The notes under the pieces were generated by a model. The model searched no databases, was not told the DNA's origin, and worked only from the letters and a program-made list of their open reading frames with translations. Below, piece by piece: positions 29,757 through 40,224 of a DNA stretch of 64,000 nucleotides. The stretch lies in NCBI GenBank assembly GCA_963729625.1, contig CAVSOU010000011.1:64001-128000 (forward strand). Direction: 5' to 3'. The translations under genes were made by a program, and so were the position numbers. Positions within the stretch are counted from its first letter, which is position 1. Each line of letters begins with the position of its first letter. The DNA comes from an uncultured bacterium (GTDB lineage Bacteria; Chloroflexota; UBA5177; JANWHV01).

Positions 29757-31619
29757 ATGATTTTTTGGCCATTTCACAGGGCGTCTGCGTGGACGCGCCA
29801 CGTCGTGCGCACGCTGCTGCTGCTCGGCGCCCTCGTGCTGCCGGGTGGGGTTGCCGTGCAGGCAGCGCCATCGCGTGCTGCCGCGGCAAGCGCTCGTGCC
29901 CCAACCGCCTCCACGGTCGCCAGCTCAACGGCAGCGGCCGGGCAGCATGCGGCCACGGATGCCGGCACCTGGGTCTGGCGCCATCCATTGCCACAAGGCA
30001 ATTCGCTTGCGGGCGTTGCCTGCCCGAGCAGCACGCTCTGCCTGGCCGTAGGGGACTACGGCACCGTCCTGACCAGCGTGGATGGCGGCGCCACCTGGCG
30101 ACGCCGTGCTGTCGGCACCACGGACGTGCTCATCGCGGTGGCCTGTCCGAGCAGCACCCTCTGCCTGGGCGTGAGCAACGGCGCCTTACTGAGGAGCACG
30201 GACAGCGGCGCCAGCTGGAGCAGAGGGGCGGGAGCGTACACGTTTGGGGGTGTCACCTGCGCTACCGGCGGGTTCTGTTTGGCGCTGGATTCACACGGCG
30301 CCATGCTGGTCAGCACGGATGGCGGTGCCACCTGGCGCAGACCGGCGACCGGTCCCGGCGCCGGAAGCCTTAGCATCGCCTGCTGGAGCCCGCGCTCCTG
30401 CGTGGCCGTGGGAGGCCGTGCGATCCAGACCAGCGCGGACGCCGGTCGCACGTGGCGCAGCCCCTCCCTCCCTGGCGTCAACTGGTCACTGGTCAGCGTG
30501 GCGTGCTCGACCGGCGGCGCCTGCCTGGCCGTGGGCGACCACGGCGTGATTGTGGCCAGTGCCGACGGCGGGGCTACCTGGACCGTCCAGTCTTCCGGCA
30601 CCGACAACCCACTCAACGGCATCGCCTGCCCGAGCGCCGGAAGGTGCCTGGCGGTCGGTCTCTTTGGCACGATCCTGGCGGGCGGCCCGGCGCACGCGAT
30701 GTGGCCGGTGGGAACACCATCGCCGGCGCCATCGCCAACACGCATCCCGGGGCCGGCTCCGGCGACGCATTGGCGCCCGCGCCAGTCGGGCGCCATAGAC
30801 GACCTCTACGCGGTCACCTGCCCGAGCAGCAGCATGTGCCTGGCAGGCGGAGGCAGCTTCAGGAACGTCCTGGTCAGCACCGACGGCGGAGCCAGCTGGC
30901 ACGCCAGCCCCATCACCTCGAGCGTGGCCGGGCTCGCCTTTCCCGCCCAGAATTTCTGCCTGGCGGTGGGTGAGGACAGCCTGGATCAGGTGATTCCACC
31001 TGGCGGAGCCGGCCTAAGCAATCCTTTCATCTACCTGTCGAGCATCGCCTGCCCCAGCAGCAGCACCTGCGTGGTGGTGGGCGAGCGTGGCAGCATCGTG
31101 GCCACCGCGGACGGCTGGAATTCGTGGACCAGACGACCCTCCGGCACCGCCGTCGATCTCTTCAGCATCGCCTGCCCTAGCAGCAGACTCTGCCTGGCGG
31201 TGGGCCAGGGGGGTACGATCCTCGGCAGCGTGGATGGCGGCGTCACCTGGATCGCACGCCCCTCCGGCACGCGTGACTTCTTGCTCGGCATCGCCCGCGC
31301 GAGCGCGAGCGCCTGCGTGGCCGTGGGATCGCGCGGCACCGTCCTGACCACCGCGGACAGCGGCGCCACCTGGCGCAGCCGCGCCTCCGGCACGACGAAT
31401 GCCCTGGCCGCCGTCACCTGCCCGACCGCCGGTGCCTGCCTGGCCGTGGGCGAGGCCGGCACCATCCTGGCCAGCGGCGACGGCGGGGCCACCTGGACCG
31501 CGCGTCCCTCGGGCACCACCGCCTTCTTGAACGCCGTCACCTGCCCGAGCGCGACGGCGTGTCTGGCCGTGGGCCAGAGCGGCACCATCCTGGCCAGCAC
31601 CGACGGCGTCGCGGGATGA
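29757..31619 (+). CDS. Secreted BNR/Asp-box (Ycf48-like) repeat beta-propeller protein
   Basis: AGGAGG RBS, signal peptide, 13 repeats of C-x5-C-LAVG..G....S.DGG.TW. Confidence 0.88.
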   Translation: MIFWPFHRASAWTRHVVRTLLLLGALVLPGGVAVQAAPSRAAAASARAPTASTVASSTAAAGQHAATDAGTWVWRHPLPQGNSLAGVACPSSTLCLAVGDYGTVLTSVDGGATWRRRAVGTTDVLIAVACPSSTLCLGVSNGALLRSTDSGASWSRGAGAYTFGGVTCATGGFCLALDSHGAMLVSTDGGATWRRPATGPGAGSLSIACWSPRSCVAVGGRAIQTSADAGRTWRSPSLPGVNWSLVSVACSTGGACLAVGDHGVIVASADGGATWTVQSSGTDNPLNGIACPSAGRCLAVGLFGTILAGGPAHAMWPVGTPSPAPSPTRIPGPAPATHWRPRQSGAIDDLYAVTCPSSSMCLAGGGSFRNVLVSTDGGASWHASPITSSVAGLAFPAQNFCLAVGEDSLDQVIPPGGAGLSNPFIYLSSIACPSSSTCVVVGERGSIVATADGWNSWTRRPSGTAVDLFSIACPSSRLCLAVGQGGTILGSVDGGVTWIARPSGTRDFLLGIARASASACVAVGSRGTVLTTADSGATWRSRASGTTNALAAVTCPTAGACLAVGEAGTILASGDGGATWTARPSGTTAFLNAVTCPSATACLAVGQSGTILASTDGVAG

Positions 31620-31708
31620 CCTGACCGTCCACGATGCTGTGGCAAAAAGAGTTCATAACCGGTGTCAAGTCGTGCTCGGCGCCGTTCTGGGCCGGCCAGA
31701 GGCGCCGG

Positions 31709-32011
31709 TCAGTCAACCTCGTTTTCGAGCGTGAGGAGTTGCGCGCGCGCCTGCATGTGCATGACGCGGCCCCGAAGGCGCAAGAACACTTCATCGCCTC
31801 CCCCCTGTCCGTCGCGAGCCATTTCGAGTTCATAGGCCTCCTCCAGGTCCTGGCTGAAGCTGAGCACGTCCGCGCTCAGCGCCCAGTATTCCTTCAGATA
31901 GTCAGGACCGGCATGGATTGCATCAAGCAGCACTTCGAGCAGATGAAGGTCGTCGTGAAGAGCAACCCAGCGGGTCTGCCATGGAGCCAGGGCCCGTTTG
32001 TTTCGTTGCAT
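31709..32011 (-). CDS. Hypothetical helical protein
   Basis: GAAGG RBS, GC3-biased codons, fills the intergenic gap. Confidence 0.6.
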   Translation of the reverse strand: MQRNKRALAPWQTRWVALHDDLHLLEVLLDAIHAGPDYLKEYWALSADVLSFSQDLEEAYELEMARDGQGGGDEVFLRLRGRVMHMQARAQLLTLENEVD

Positions 32012-32129
32012 GTGCACCTTCGTGTAGCTTCAAGATCGGCGAGGCACGAGATCTGGCCCGCCCTTCGCACAAGGATACCTTTGTCGCGCGCTCCTTGATT
32101 GACGGTGATGTCTGTGGCAGGGTGTGATC

Positions 32130-32990
32130 ATGAGCGGTATGCGCATCACGGCGGAGCGTTGGCCCTGGCTTCGCCTCTTTCATCCTTTTCCGTCGATCCT
32201 GGTTACAGCTTCGTGCGCCGCGTTCGCCGAGATCGCCGCGGGCGGTCACGCCGCGCCCGATCGCTTGGCTCGCCTGATAGCCTCCGTCCTCTGCTCGCAG
32301 TTTGCCATCGGTAGCGCGAACGACGTGAAAGATCGTCACCTGGACCGCGCAACCAAGCCGTGGAAGCCGGTAGCGCGCGGCGTGGTAAGCGCCCGCGTGG
32401 CCGCGATGCTGGCGCTGGCCCTCTCGCTGGCCTGCCTCGGGTCCTCCCTGTCACTGCCGTGGCCGACGGCGCTGGCCGCGGCACTCGGGCTTGGCTGTGG
32501 CCTGTCGTACGATCTTTGGCTGAAGCGAAGCCGATGGAGTTGGCTGCCGTATGGCTTCGCCATACCCACGTTGCCGTTATGGTCCTGGCTGGCAATGGGC
32601 AGGTTCAATGCGATCTTGCTGCTGGCCTATCCACTGGGCTTGCTCCTTGGGCTCTCGTTGCACCTGGCGAATACCCTGCCCGACCTCGAAGCCGACTCCG
32701 CGTTCGGCGTGGCTGGACTGGCCCACGGCCTTGGCGCGCGCCGAAGCCAGATCGTATGCTGGGCCACCCTGCTGCTGGCACAGTTGATTACATTGGCCTT
32801 GGCTCCCGTGCTCAGCTATAGCGGCGTCTGGTACCCGTTGGGACTGGGCGCCTCGGTCGCCTTGCTTGCAGCGGCGATGATCTTGTACCGCATCCGCCCA
32901 ACGAGCACCACACAACAAATCAACTTCGGGCTCGTGGCGCTCTCATCCCTGTCGCTTGCCGTCGGTTGGCTCGCAGGTGCGGTCGCCTAA
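32130..32990 (+). CDS. UbiA family prenyltransferase
   Basis: NDVKDRHLD..KP and NTLPDLEAD Asp-rich motifs, multiple TM helices. Confidence 0.9.
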   Translation: MSGMRITAERWPWLRLFHPFPSILVTASCAAFAEIAAGGHAAPDRLARLIASVLCSQFAIGSANDVKDRHLDRATKPWKPVARGVVSARVAAMLALALSLACLGSSLSLPWPTALAAALGLGCGLSYDLWLKRSRWSWLPYGFAIPTLPLWSWLAMGRFNAILLLAYPLGLLLGLSLHLANTLPDLEADSAFGVAGLAHGLGARRSQIVCWATLLLAQLITLALAPVLSYSGVWYPLGLGASVALLAAAMILYRIRPTSTTQQINFGLVALSSLSLAVGWLAGAVA

Positions 32991-33035
32991 GTCAGACTTG
33001 GTCCGGCGCCGGAAGCATACGCCTGGTAATGGCGG

Positions 33036-33755
33036 TCAGGCCTGCTCGTTCCTGAGCCTTGCCAGCTCCCTGCGCAGCCGGTCGTTGTCCGCTTCGGCTG
33101 CCCGGCGCGCGGCGGCTTCCGCCCGGCGCGCAGCGGCTTCCTGCTGAGGCGAAAGCAGTCGTTCTCCCTCGGCCGTCTCCGCCACGAGCAGACTGCCATC
33201 CACGATCAGCCGCAATTCAAGCACGGCGCTCCACAGACCGCCTTCCGGCTCAGCCCGCCAGGGTACTAGCCGGCAGGACTGATCGCGCCGAAAGCCCGCC
33301 AGCAGCGAGGGAGCATCCTCATGGGGCGTGAAGAGGGCATATTCGGTCGCTCCGAGTGCCCCGTACGCCTGCAACTTGTCTTCCTCATCCCGCTCCACGC
33401 TGGCAGGAGAGACCACTTCCAGCACGAAGGGCGGAAAAGCCCCCTCCACCTCCAGGTCGTATGATCCGCGCGGATGGTCGGGGACAAAGGCGACGAAGCA
33501 ATCCGGCGAGAGCTGCCGCTTCCGCCGGGATCCTTTCCAACGATAGCGTATTGGCAACATGCTGGCCACGAACCATGGGAGGTCATGGGCCAGGGCGTGA
33601 TTGCGCAGGCTGTGGGCGAAGCTGCTCGCCGACCAGAACTGCTGCGTGCCCATCACCATCCAGGGAGCATCCTCCGTATCGTCTTCCAGCGTCAGCATGA
33701 AGAGGTCGTCCTCTTCCGCCTGGGTCAGTGGAGGCTTGCGCCACGAGAGTGCCAT
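33036..33755 (-). CDS. Uma2 (DUF820) family endonuclease-like protein with coiled-coil tail
   Basis: PDCFV, VLEVVSP, DK..Y...G..EYALF.P; GGAGG RBS. Confidence 0.9.
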   Translation of the reverse strand: MALSWRKPPLTQAEEDDLFMLTLEDDTEDAPWMVMGTQQFWSASSFAHSLRNHALAHDLPWFVASMLPIRYRWKGSRRKRQLSPDCFVAFVPDHPRGSYDLEVEGAFPPFVLEVVSPASVERDEEDKLQAYGALGATEYALFTPHEDAPSLLAGFRRDQSCRLVPWRAEPEGGLWSAVLELRLIVDGSLLVAETAEGERLLSPQQEAAARRAEAAARRAAEADNDRLRRELARLRNEQA

Positions 33756-33856
33756 TGCTGCCCTTACCTCCCAGAACCTGCGCTCGATGCGTGCATTGTA
33801 CCACTGCCCACTGGGTTACTTTGCGGCCGTCACCGATAACTAGCCTGGTCCCCCTT

Positions 33857-33878
33857 GGCAGCGCCCGCGGGCGCTGCC
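33857..33878. terminator. GC-rich hairpin downstream of the mannitol dehydrogenase gene
   Basis: GGCAGCGCCC-gc-GGGCGCTGCC perfect inverted repeat; no U-tract. Confidence 0.4.
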
Positions 33879-33975
33879 GCCCCCGCACATGAAAACACCG
33901 CTCATCCGGCCACAACTGGCTGGCCCCGACCGCAGTGGGGATCGACTGCCATCCGCAGCTGGAGGCGTTTTCAGT

Positions 33976-35490
33976 CTAGCGCTCGAGATAGTGCTCGAGT
34001 GTCGCCCGCGCGCCTTGGCTGTACAGCATACCGAGAGCTTCTTCCAGCGCCGCGATGAAGTGGGGATTGTCCAGCAGCGCGCCGAAGAGGCTTCGCATCT
34101 CGAGCAGCGGACGCGGATCTTCTTTGCCTTGCAGGGCACGCCTGGTCAGCTCGGATTTCATCCGATCCTCGATCGGGATCGGCTGGCCCTGCTCGTCCAC
34201 TCCGTCAAGGAATCGGAACCACCCGGCTACCGACAGGGTCAGCAGTGCTGTGGGCTGGCCCGTGGCCAGGCCCTCTGCCAGTGTGGGCAGCAGGAACTTC
34301 GGCATGCGTGCCGACGCGTCAAAGCACAGTCGCAGCACCTGGTCCCGCACTTTTGGATTCGAGAATCGCTCGATCAGCGACCGTTTGTACGCTGTCAGAT
34401 CCACGCCAGGAACCGGCGCGAGATGCTGTGTGATCTCTTCGTCCATCAATCGCGCGATGAACGTCCGGAGTTGCGCGTTGCTCATAAGGTCATCGACGTA
34501 GCGGTAGCCGCAGAGATATCCGAGGTACGCCATGGCCTGGTGGCTGGCGTTCAGCAACCGCATCTTCATCAGCTCATACGGGTGAACGTCTTCCACGAAC
34601 TGCACGCCGACTTCCTCAAGCGGTGGCCGGCCATTGCAGAAGTGGTCTTCAATAACCCACTGCCGGAACGGCTCACACATGACCGGCCAGGCATCGCGGA
34701 TGCCGAAACGCGTGGCCACCATCTCGCGGTCCGCGTCGGCGGTCGCCGGCGTGATGCGGTCCACCATGGCGCTGGGGAAGGCAACGTTGGCGTCTATCCA
34801 GTTGGCCAGCGATGGGTCCCGGAGCGTGGCAAAGGCCACGATCACGCGTTTGGCGATAGCGCCGTTGCGCTCCACGTTGTCGCAAGAGAGCACCGTGAAT
34901 GGTGGCTTTCCCGATAGACGGCGGCGATTCAGCGCCTCGCACAGGTAGCCAAACACGGTCGAAGGCATAGCTGGATGCTCCAGGTCGGCCACGACGTCTG
35001 GATTCGACGCTTCGAACTCGCCGGTGATCTGGTTGAAGTTGTATCCACCCTCGGTAATGGTGAGGCTCACGATGCGCGTCCGATCGCTCGCCAGCGTATC
35101 CAGCACCTCGTCACGGTGCTCGGGTGCGAACATGTACTGCGTGATGGACCCGATTACTCGCGGGTGTTCGAGCTCGGCGCTGCGCTCAACCAGCGTGTAG
35201 AGGCAATCCTGAGACTGCAGCGCTACTTCCATGCGCTTGTCTTGGGGCAGCAGCCCGATGCCGCACACCCCCCAGTCTAGCGACGCGCCCGAGCTCGCCA
35301 GGTCGTCGAGATAGAGCGCCTGGTGCGCGCGGTGAAACCCTCCGACCCCGATATGTGCGATCGCGGGAACGAGGTCCTGCCTTGCATAGGACGGAGTCCT
35401 GACACGCCCAGAAATGGCGTGAAGTCCAGAGTTGCTCAGTGGAATTGCGCGCACGGCCGCGGCCGACTGTGGGTCGCTCGGAGGAGTCAT
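33976..35490 (-). CDS. Mannitol dehydrogenase family protein (mannitol 2-dehydrogenase / fructuronate reductase)
   Basis: HIGVGGFHRAHQA, SLTITEGGY, SCDN, MVDRITP and KMRLLNASH. Confidence 0.95.
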   Translation of the reverse strand: MTPPSDPQSAAAVRAIPLSNSGLHAISGRVRTPSYARQDLVPAIAHIGVGGFHRAHQALYLDDLASSGASLDWGVCGIGLLPQDKRMEVALQSQDCLYTLVERSAELEHPRVIGSITQYMFAPEHRDEVLDTLASDRTRIVSLTITEGGYNFNQITGEFEASNPDVVADLEHPAMPSTVFGYLCEALNRRRLSGKPPFTVLSCDNVERNGAIAKRVIVAFATLRDPSLANWIDANVAFPSAMVDRITPATADADREMVATRFGIRDAWPVMCEPFRQWVIEDHFCNGRPPLEEVGVQFVEDVHPYELMKMRLLNASHQAMAYLGYLCGYRYVDDLMSNAQLRTFIARLMDEEITQHLAPVPGVDLTAYKRSLIERFSNPKVRDQVLRLCFDASARMPKFLLPTLAEGLATGQPTALLTLSVAGWFRFLDGVDEQGQPIPIEDRMKSELTRRALQGKEDPRPLLEMRSLFGALLDNPHFIAALEEALGMLYSQGARATLEHYLER

Positions 35491-35635
35491 AGCCGAATGG
35501 TCTCCTATCTCTCGAAATCTTCATGCACAACTGCAGCTAGCCAGCGTGCTTCCTGTCCGCGGCAGTGCCGCGGTATACCCTCGCGTCCTGGCAGCAGCTC
35601 CTGAATGAATGCGAAGAAGGAAGCCAGCCGGCAGT

Positions 35636-35647
35636 ATTGTATACCAG
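35636..35647. promoter_or_regulatory. GntR/FadR-like operator candidate
   Basis: Near-palindrome TTGTATACCA about 150 bp upstream of the dehydrogenase start. Confidence 0.35.
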
Positions 35648-35683
35648 ACAGTCGCGTGTTGGGTGCATTATTGCGGCTGCACT

Positions 35684-35893
35684 TCGTGGAACGAGTTCTT
35701 CTTCGCCTACATGCTCATGGCCGGAAATGCCGGCACGCTGCCGATCTACCTGGTGCGTTTCATGAGCAGTCACGGCCAAAGTCTCGCGAGCATGTCCGCG
35801 GCCTCGACAATCGCGGTTGCGCCGGTCTTTGCCGCGGGCTGGATCGCCCAGCGCTCGCTCGTCCGCGGGCTCACCATGGGCGCCGTGAAGTAA
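35684..35893 (+). pseudogene. C-terminal remnant of a carbohydrate ABC transporter permease
   Basis: SWNEFFFAYML...TLP...QRSLVRGLTMGAVK*; the N-terminal bulk is missing. Confidence 0.85.
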
Positions 35894-35952
35894 CACTGCG
35901 CGCGGTGCCCATGCGCCGGTCTCAGTCATGGTCTCGACCCAGCGAGCGGCTT

Positions 35953-38886
35953 CTAGTCGCCCGCCCAGTCATCATCCGCATCGCCGTCGCGATTCGTGGA
36001 AGATGGCGACCTCCACGCGCTCAGTTCCGTTCTCAGTGGTTTAGGGACCGACTCGGCAGGGTGCGCGAGCTGCCAATCGACGACCTCCAGGAGCGGGCCG
36101 GCAGCGTCGACGACCGTGAGATTGAGGGTGCTGGACTCGGCCGCGGGCAGCAACGAAAGCACCGGATTCGCAGCCTTGTACTGTGCTGATGTCTCGTCGA
36201 TGAACGGCGGCGCCGGCTGCAGCGCGTAGGGCCGTAAGTCTGCCGCTGTGAGGCTTGACACGGTGTTCTTGTCCTGGAACAGGTTATAGAGGGCGGCGGC
36301 GTTTTGGTCGTATGTGCTCAGGTACGGGAGGTCGAGCATCAGCTCGATGGTTTTCAGTACCGATGCCTGGCTGTAGCGCACATGGCTGACGAAGCCCGCC
36401 TTCCCGTCCGTTCCCACGTGCTTGGCGTACGGGCTGATCACGTACAGCAGGTTGCGATGGCCGTCGCGATGATCCAACCCGTCCTGACTGTCGTCCTCCA
36501 TCACGAAGACCGCGGTCGTGGGCCAGTACGACGAGTGACTCAGCGCCTGCACGATGAGACCCAGACCGGCGTCGTTCTGGGCCACGCGCGACCTTGGCGT
36601 GTTCGTGAAGGCCAATCCACCGGTGTGATCGCCCGGGAGAATGACGTAGCTGAAATTGTTGAGACGCGCCGACGAACCCCGGATTTGCACGCCTCGGGTA
36701 TCAAGTCCGTTGTCGGTCAAGAAGGCCGCGGCATCCTTGCGATTGTCGACGTCGAAGGTGAAGATACTGCCGCCTTTGAGGTCGATGTTCGCGCTGGGCA
36801 CCGGCGTGCAGTGCTCGGGAACCCCTGGCGACGCATTGCCGGGTATGGGAGCGACCTCGCCGATTGCGCTCGGATTGGCGATTCCGATGATCTCTCCATA
36901 GTCCTTGAAGGTGAACGCGCCGTGGGTGGCCTGCTGGCGGGCCAACGCCGCCTGGAAGATAGAGCAGGCCCGCGGCTCCGCCAGTGAGGACAGCGGATCC
37001 TCAAGATGGTGGCGGGGTGAGTAGTACAGGCGCCAGGACTTCTCGACATAATCTGAGACATTGGCGCTGGAGGTCCAGTAATGGCCCTGGATGCTTGCCT
37101 CGCCGTCCGAGAAGAAGTTGTCGCTTGTGGCGTATGCCGGGTCGGACGTTCCCGGCATCGGATCCCCGACGAGCGCGTGGGCATTCGGCGTCACGGAGCG
37201 GCCGAAAACGGTGAAGGCGGGCTCGCCGTCGATCACGGTCCGGCTTCGCCCCTGGTCAACGCCGGCGTCGCCGAGCACCTGGTCGAAAGTGCGGTTCTCT
37301 CGCACGATCAGCACGACATGCGAGATTGGGCTGGGATCGCCGGCCACGGCCGGGATAGGATTGTGGAGTGAACGCGTCGTATCGGCTGCCGCGGCGTACT
37401 CGATGTCCTGCCGCGCCGTCGTGCCGCCGGCGCGCAATGCCTGCGCATCCGGGGCCGGCACCGCCTGCAGCAGGCCCGGCATGTTGTTGCCAACGTATTG
37501 GTACGTGGAGGTTATCGGCGCGGGGCGGCTTCCCAGTCCCTTCGCGTCGACGATGTACACGGTGCGGCCATCGCGGCTAACGGCGACGGCGCTCGGATAC
37601 CAGCCGGCCGGCAGGAAGCCGGTCACCTTGAAGGCACCCGGCGCTGGGCTCACCGCCCGCCTGGCTGATGGGGCCGCCGCCAGTGCGGCAGCGTCGAGCA
37701 CGGCCACCGCGTTGTCGCCCGCGAGCGCCACATAGAGCCGGCGCCCATCGGGGCTGACGGCCACGGAGTTCGGCACGGCGCCAAGGGCCTCATGCTGCAG
37801 CACGTGGAGCGGAATGGCAACAGCCTGGCGCTGACCGGCAGTGGTGACGATGGAGAGCGTATCGTCGTTGGCGTTTGCCACGTAGAGTTGGGAGCCATCT
37901 GGACTGAGGGCCACGGCGGTCGGATGGTCGCCTACCGCGATGTAGCCGTGCACGCTGCCCTGGCCGTCGCGCAGATCCACCACCGCGATCTCTCCCGCGC
38001 CCTGCAGGGCGACATATGCCGTTCGGCTGTCGGAGCTGACGGCGACGCCGTACGGGTAGCCACCCCCGAGCACCGGTAGGCCAAAGCGTATGCTGGTGAT
38101 CGCGTACGTCGTGGTATTGACGATGTCGAGCGAATCATCCAGCTCGTGCGTGACGAGCAGATAGCGGCCATCAGGAGTCACGGCGACGTCTTTGGTCATG
38201 CCCGAGCCGAGGAGTGAGGGCACGCTACTCGGCAGCACGATCGTGCGGAGCGGATGCGAGGCCACGACATCCCCGGACACGGCGAAATCATACACCGAGT
38301 CGTTTCCGCCCCCGGCCGCGTAGAGGTGCCGTCCGTCGGGCGAAAAGGCAACACCGCTGTAGAAGTCGTTGAACGTACCGGCGCCGTGATTCGCGCGATT
38401 GTACGTGGTAGGAACTGCCGTGACTACCTCGCTCCTTCCCATTTGCAGATTGACAACGGACAGCGATTCGTCCGGCGCATGCGTGGAAGGATCACCGGCT
38501 GACTTCGAGAGGGCCGGGTCCGGCGGATTCGCATAGGGGCAGGGCTGTCCGCCCTGACCGCCAACATCGCAGTAGCTGCTGAAGCCGTTGTTCAGGCCGA
38601 ATCCCTGCCCGCTATTGATGGCCGCGGCAAGCACGCCGTCGGGAGAGATAGCCAGGCCCAGCGGGAAATCGCCGAGGTCATACAGCCTGCCTGCGGGGGT
38701 GACAAGCCTGCCGTTCGGCAGTACGGTGCCCGTGCCGACGCTGCGAAGCGGCGCGGCCACAGCCGCCGGCAGGCTGCCTGGCACGGAGCCGCTACGCGAG
38801 TAACTCAGACTTCCGGACAGGAGGAGCACGGCGACGAGGAGGCCACCGGCGAGCGAAGGGCGAGATCGGCTGGCGACGAACATCAT
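35953..38886 (-). CDS. Secreted YncE/YVTN beta-propeller plus alkaline phosphatase-superfamily phosphoesterase
   Basis: Signal peptide, SPDG..LYVA repeats, ENRTFDQVLGD, S..GH and EDDSQDGLDHRDGHR; GGGAGG RBS. Confidence 0.9.
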   Translation of the reverse strand: MMFVASRSRPSLAGGLLVAVLLLSGSLSYSRSGSVPGSLPAAVAAPLRSVGTGTVLPNGRLVTPAGRLYDLGDFPLGLAISPDGVLAAAINSGQGFGLNNGFSSYCDVGGQGGQPCPYANPPDPALSKSAGDPSTHAPDESLSVVNLQMGRSEVVTAVPTTYNRANHGAGTFNDFYSGVAFSPDGRHLYAAGGGNDSVYDFAVSGDVVASHPLRTIVLPSSVPSLLGSGMTKDVAVTPDGRYLLVTHELDDSLDIVNTTTYAITSIRFGLPVLGGGYPYGVAVSSDSRTAYVALQGAGEIAVVDLRDGQGSVHGYIAVGDHPTAVALSPDGSQLYVANANDDTLSIVTTAGQRQAVAIPLHVLQHEALGAVPNSVAVSPDGRRLYVALAGDNAVAVLDAAALAAAPSARRAVSPAPGAFKVTGFLPAGWYPSAVAVSRDGRTVYIVDAKGLGSRPAPITSTYQYVGNNMPGLLQAVPAPDAQALRAGGTTARQDIEYAAAADTTRSLHNPIPAVAGDPSPISHVVLIVRENRTFDQVLGDAGVDQGRSRTVIDGEPAFTVFGRSVTPNAHALVGDPMPGTSDPAYATSDNFFSDGEASIQGHYWTSSANVSDYVEKSWRLYYSPRHHLEDPLSSLAEPRACSIFQAALARQQATHGAFTFKDYGEIIGIANPSAIGEVAPIPGNASPGVPEHCTPVPSANIDLKGGSIFTFDVDNRKDAAAFLTDNGLDTRGVQIRGSSARLNNFSYVILPGDHTGGLAFTNTPRSRVAQNDAGLGLIVQALSHSSYWPTTAVFVMEDDSQDGLDHRDGHRNLLYVISPYAKHVGTDGKAGFVSHVRYSQASVLKTIELMLDLPYLSTYDQNAAALYNLFQDKNTVSSLTAADLRPYALQPAPPFIDETSAQYKAANPVLSLLPAAESSTLNLTVVDAAGPLLEVVDWQLAHPAESVPKPLRTELSAWRSPSSTNRDGDADDDWAGD

Positions 38887-38961
38887 CCTGACCTCCCGCA
38901 TACGGGACAACTCTCCCCATAGCGTACGAGGTTTTGCCGGGCGGAGGACACGCGTGCTGCT

Positions 38962-40224
38962 CTACCCCGCGGCTTCCGCGTGCGCGCCCTCGGGCTGGCC
39001 TGCAGCTGCCGGCAGGTAGCTATCGGCGTGGCCGAGAGCCGTGAACGAAAATGACAAGGGGATCACGATGGTGATAGCGCCGATGATGCCGTAGATCAGG
39101 GCGACGTTGCCCGTCACCTGAATGGCCACGCCTCCGAGCAACGTGCCCACCGGAATGGCGGACCAGGCAAGCACCCCCGCGACGCTTATCACTCTGCCCA
39201 GCATGTGGTTTGGCACGATTGCCTGGCGCAGGCTGCCGGTGTTGATGTTGAAGAGAATGCCCAGACCGGCGGCCAGGCCCCAGCAGAGCAGTGCCAGGGG
39301 ATACCAGCTCACCAGAGCCATGGCGACCGTGCAGAGTCCGCTCAGCATCAGCGCGGAGAGCGCGACCTTGCTGAATGAGTAGCGCTTTCGCAACGGGCCC
39401 GCCGCGAGGGATAGCACGACGATGCCGATGCTCTCGACGGAGTACAGCACGCCGATCTGTGCCGTACCGGCGTGCAAGTGCTGCCGCCCGTACAGGACGA
39501 GCTGCGCGTACGTCGTCGAGCCGAAGAAATTAACGAGAGCCATCATAGCCGAGATGTTCCGCAACACCGGATGGGACAGTACATAACGCAGTCCCTCGCC
39601 GATGTCGCGAAGAATGCTTGCCGTGTGATCTCTCTCGGCCGTATTGAAGGGCGCACGGATCAGGGCGAGCGAGCCGGCAGCGATCAGGAATGACGCGGCA
39701 TCGAAATACAGCACCCGTTCAATGGGCATGACCGCCGCGAGCATACCGGCCAGCAGAGGACCGGCTATCTGCACGGTCGAGTAGCTTGCCTGGATGCGGC
39801 CGTTGGCGCTCACCAGGTCGTCCGGGCGCACCAGACTGGGCACAACCGCGAATTCCGCACTGCTGAAGCAGATACCCAGTGTTGAGCCGACAAAGCCCAT
39901 GGCATAGATCCACCAGATCACCAGATGGCCAGAGGCGGCCAGGGTCGGGATAGAGCCGACGACCAGTGCCTGCAGCACGTTCGTGACGAGCATGAGACGC
40001 CGCCGGTCCGTGCGGTCCACCCAGGCGCCGATGATCAGGCCAAACAGCAAATATGGAAGGAAGGCGGCGGCGCTGGTGAGAGCGAGATTCACCGCGGAGC
40101 CCGTGAGCCGGTATACGAGCAGGGGCAGAGCCAGGTTCGTGAATGAGGTTCCCAGGGTCGAGATAGCCTGACCGCTCCAGAAGATCCAGAAATCGCGGCT
40201 CAGGCCGGACCGCGTACCTGTCAT
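38962..40224 (-). CDS. MFS transporter (EntS/MFS_3-like)
   Basis: FWSGQAISTLG and GAWVDRTDRRRLM; ATGA overlap with the upstream gene. Confidence 0.92.
   Translation of the reverse strand: MTGTRSGLSRDFWIFWSGQAISTLGTSFTNLALPLLVYRLTGSAVNLALTSAAAFLPYLLFGLIIGAWVDRTDRRRLMLVTNVLQALVVGSIPTLAASGHLVIWWIYAMGFVGSTLGICFSSAEFAVVPSLVRPDDLVSANGRIQASYSTVQIAGPLLAGMLAAVMPIERVLYFDAASFLIAAGSLALIRAPFNTAERDHTASILRDIGEGLRYVLSHPVLRNISAMMALVNFFGSTTYAQLVLYGRQHLHAGTAQIGVLYSVESIGIVVLSLAAGPLRKRYSFSKVALSALMLSGLCTVAMALVSWYPLALLCWGLAAGLGILFNINTGSLRQAIVPNHMLGRVISVAGVLAWSAIPVGTLLGGVAIQVTGNVALIYGIIGAITIVIPLSFSFTALGHADSYLPAAAGQPEGAHAEAAG

Noticed and set aside
29990-31610. Regularly spaced DNA repeats resembling a CRISPR array
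   Set aside because: In-frame degenerate protein repeats; no identical direct repeats with spacers and no cas genes.
33036-33755. Uma2 gene as a defence system
   Set aside because: Standalone member of a commonly expanded family; no partner genes.
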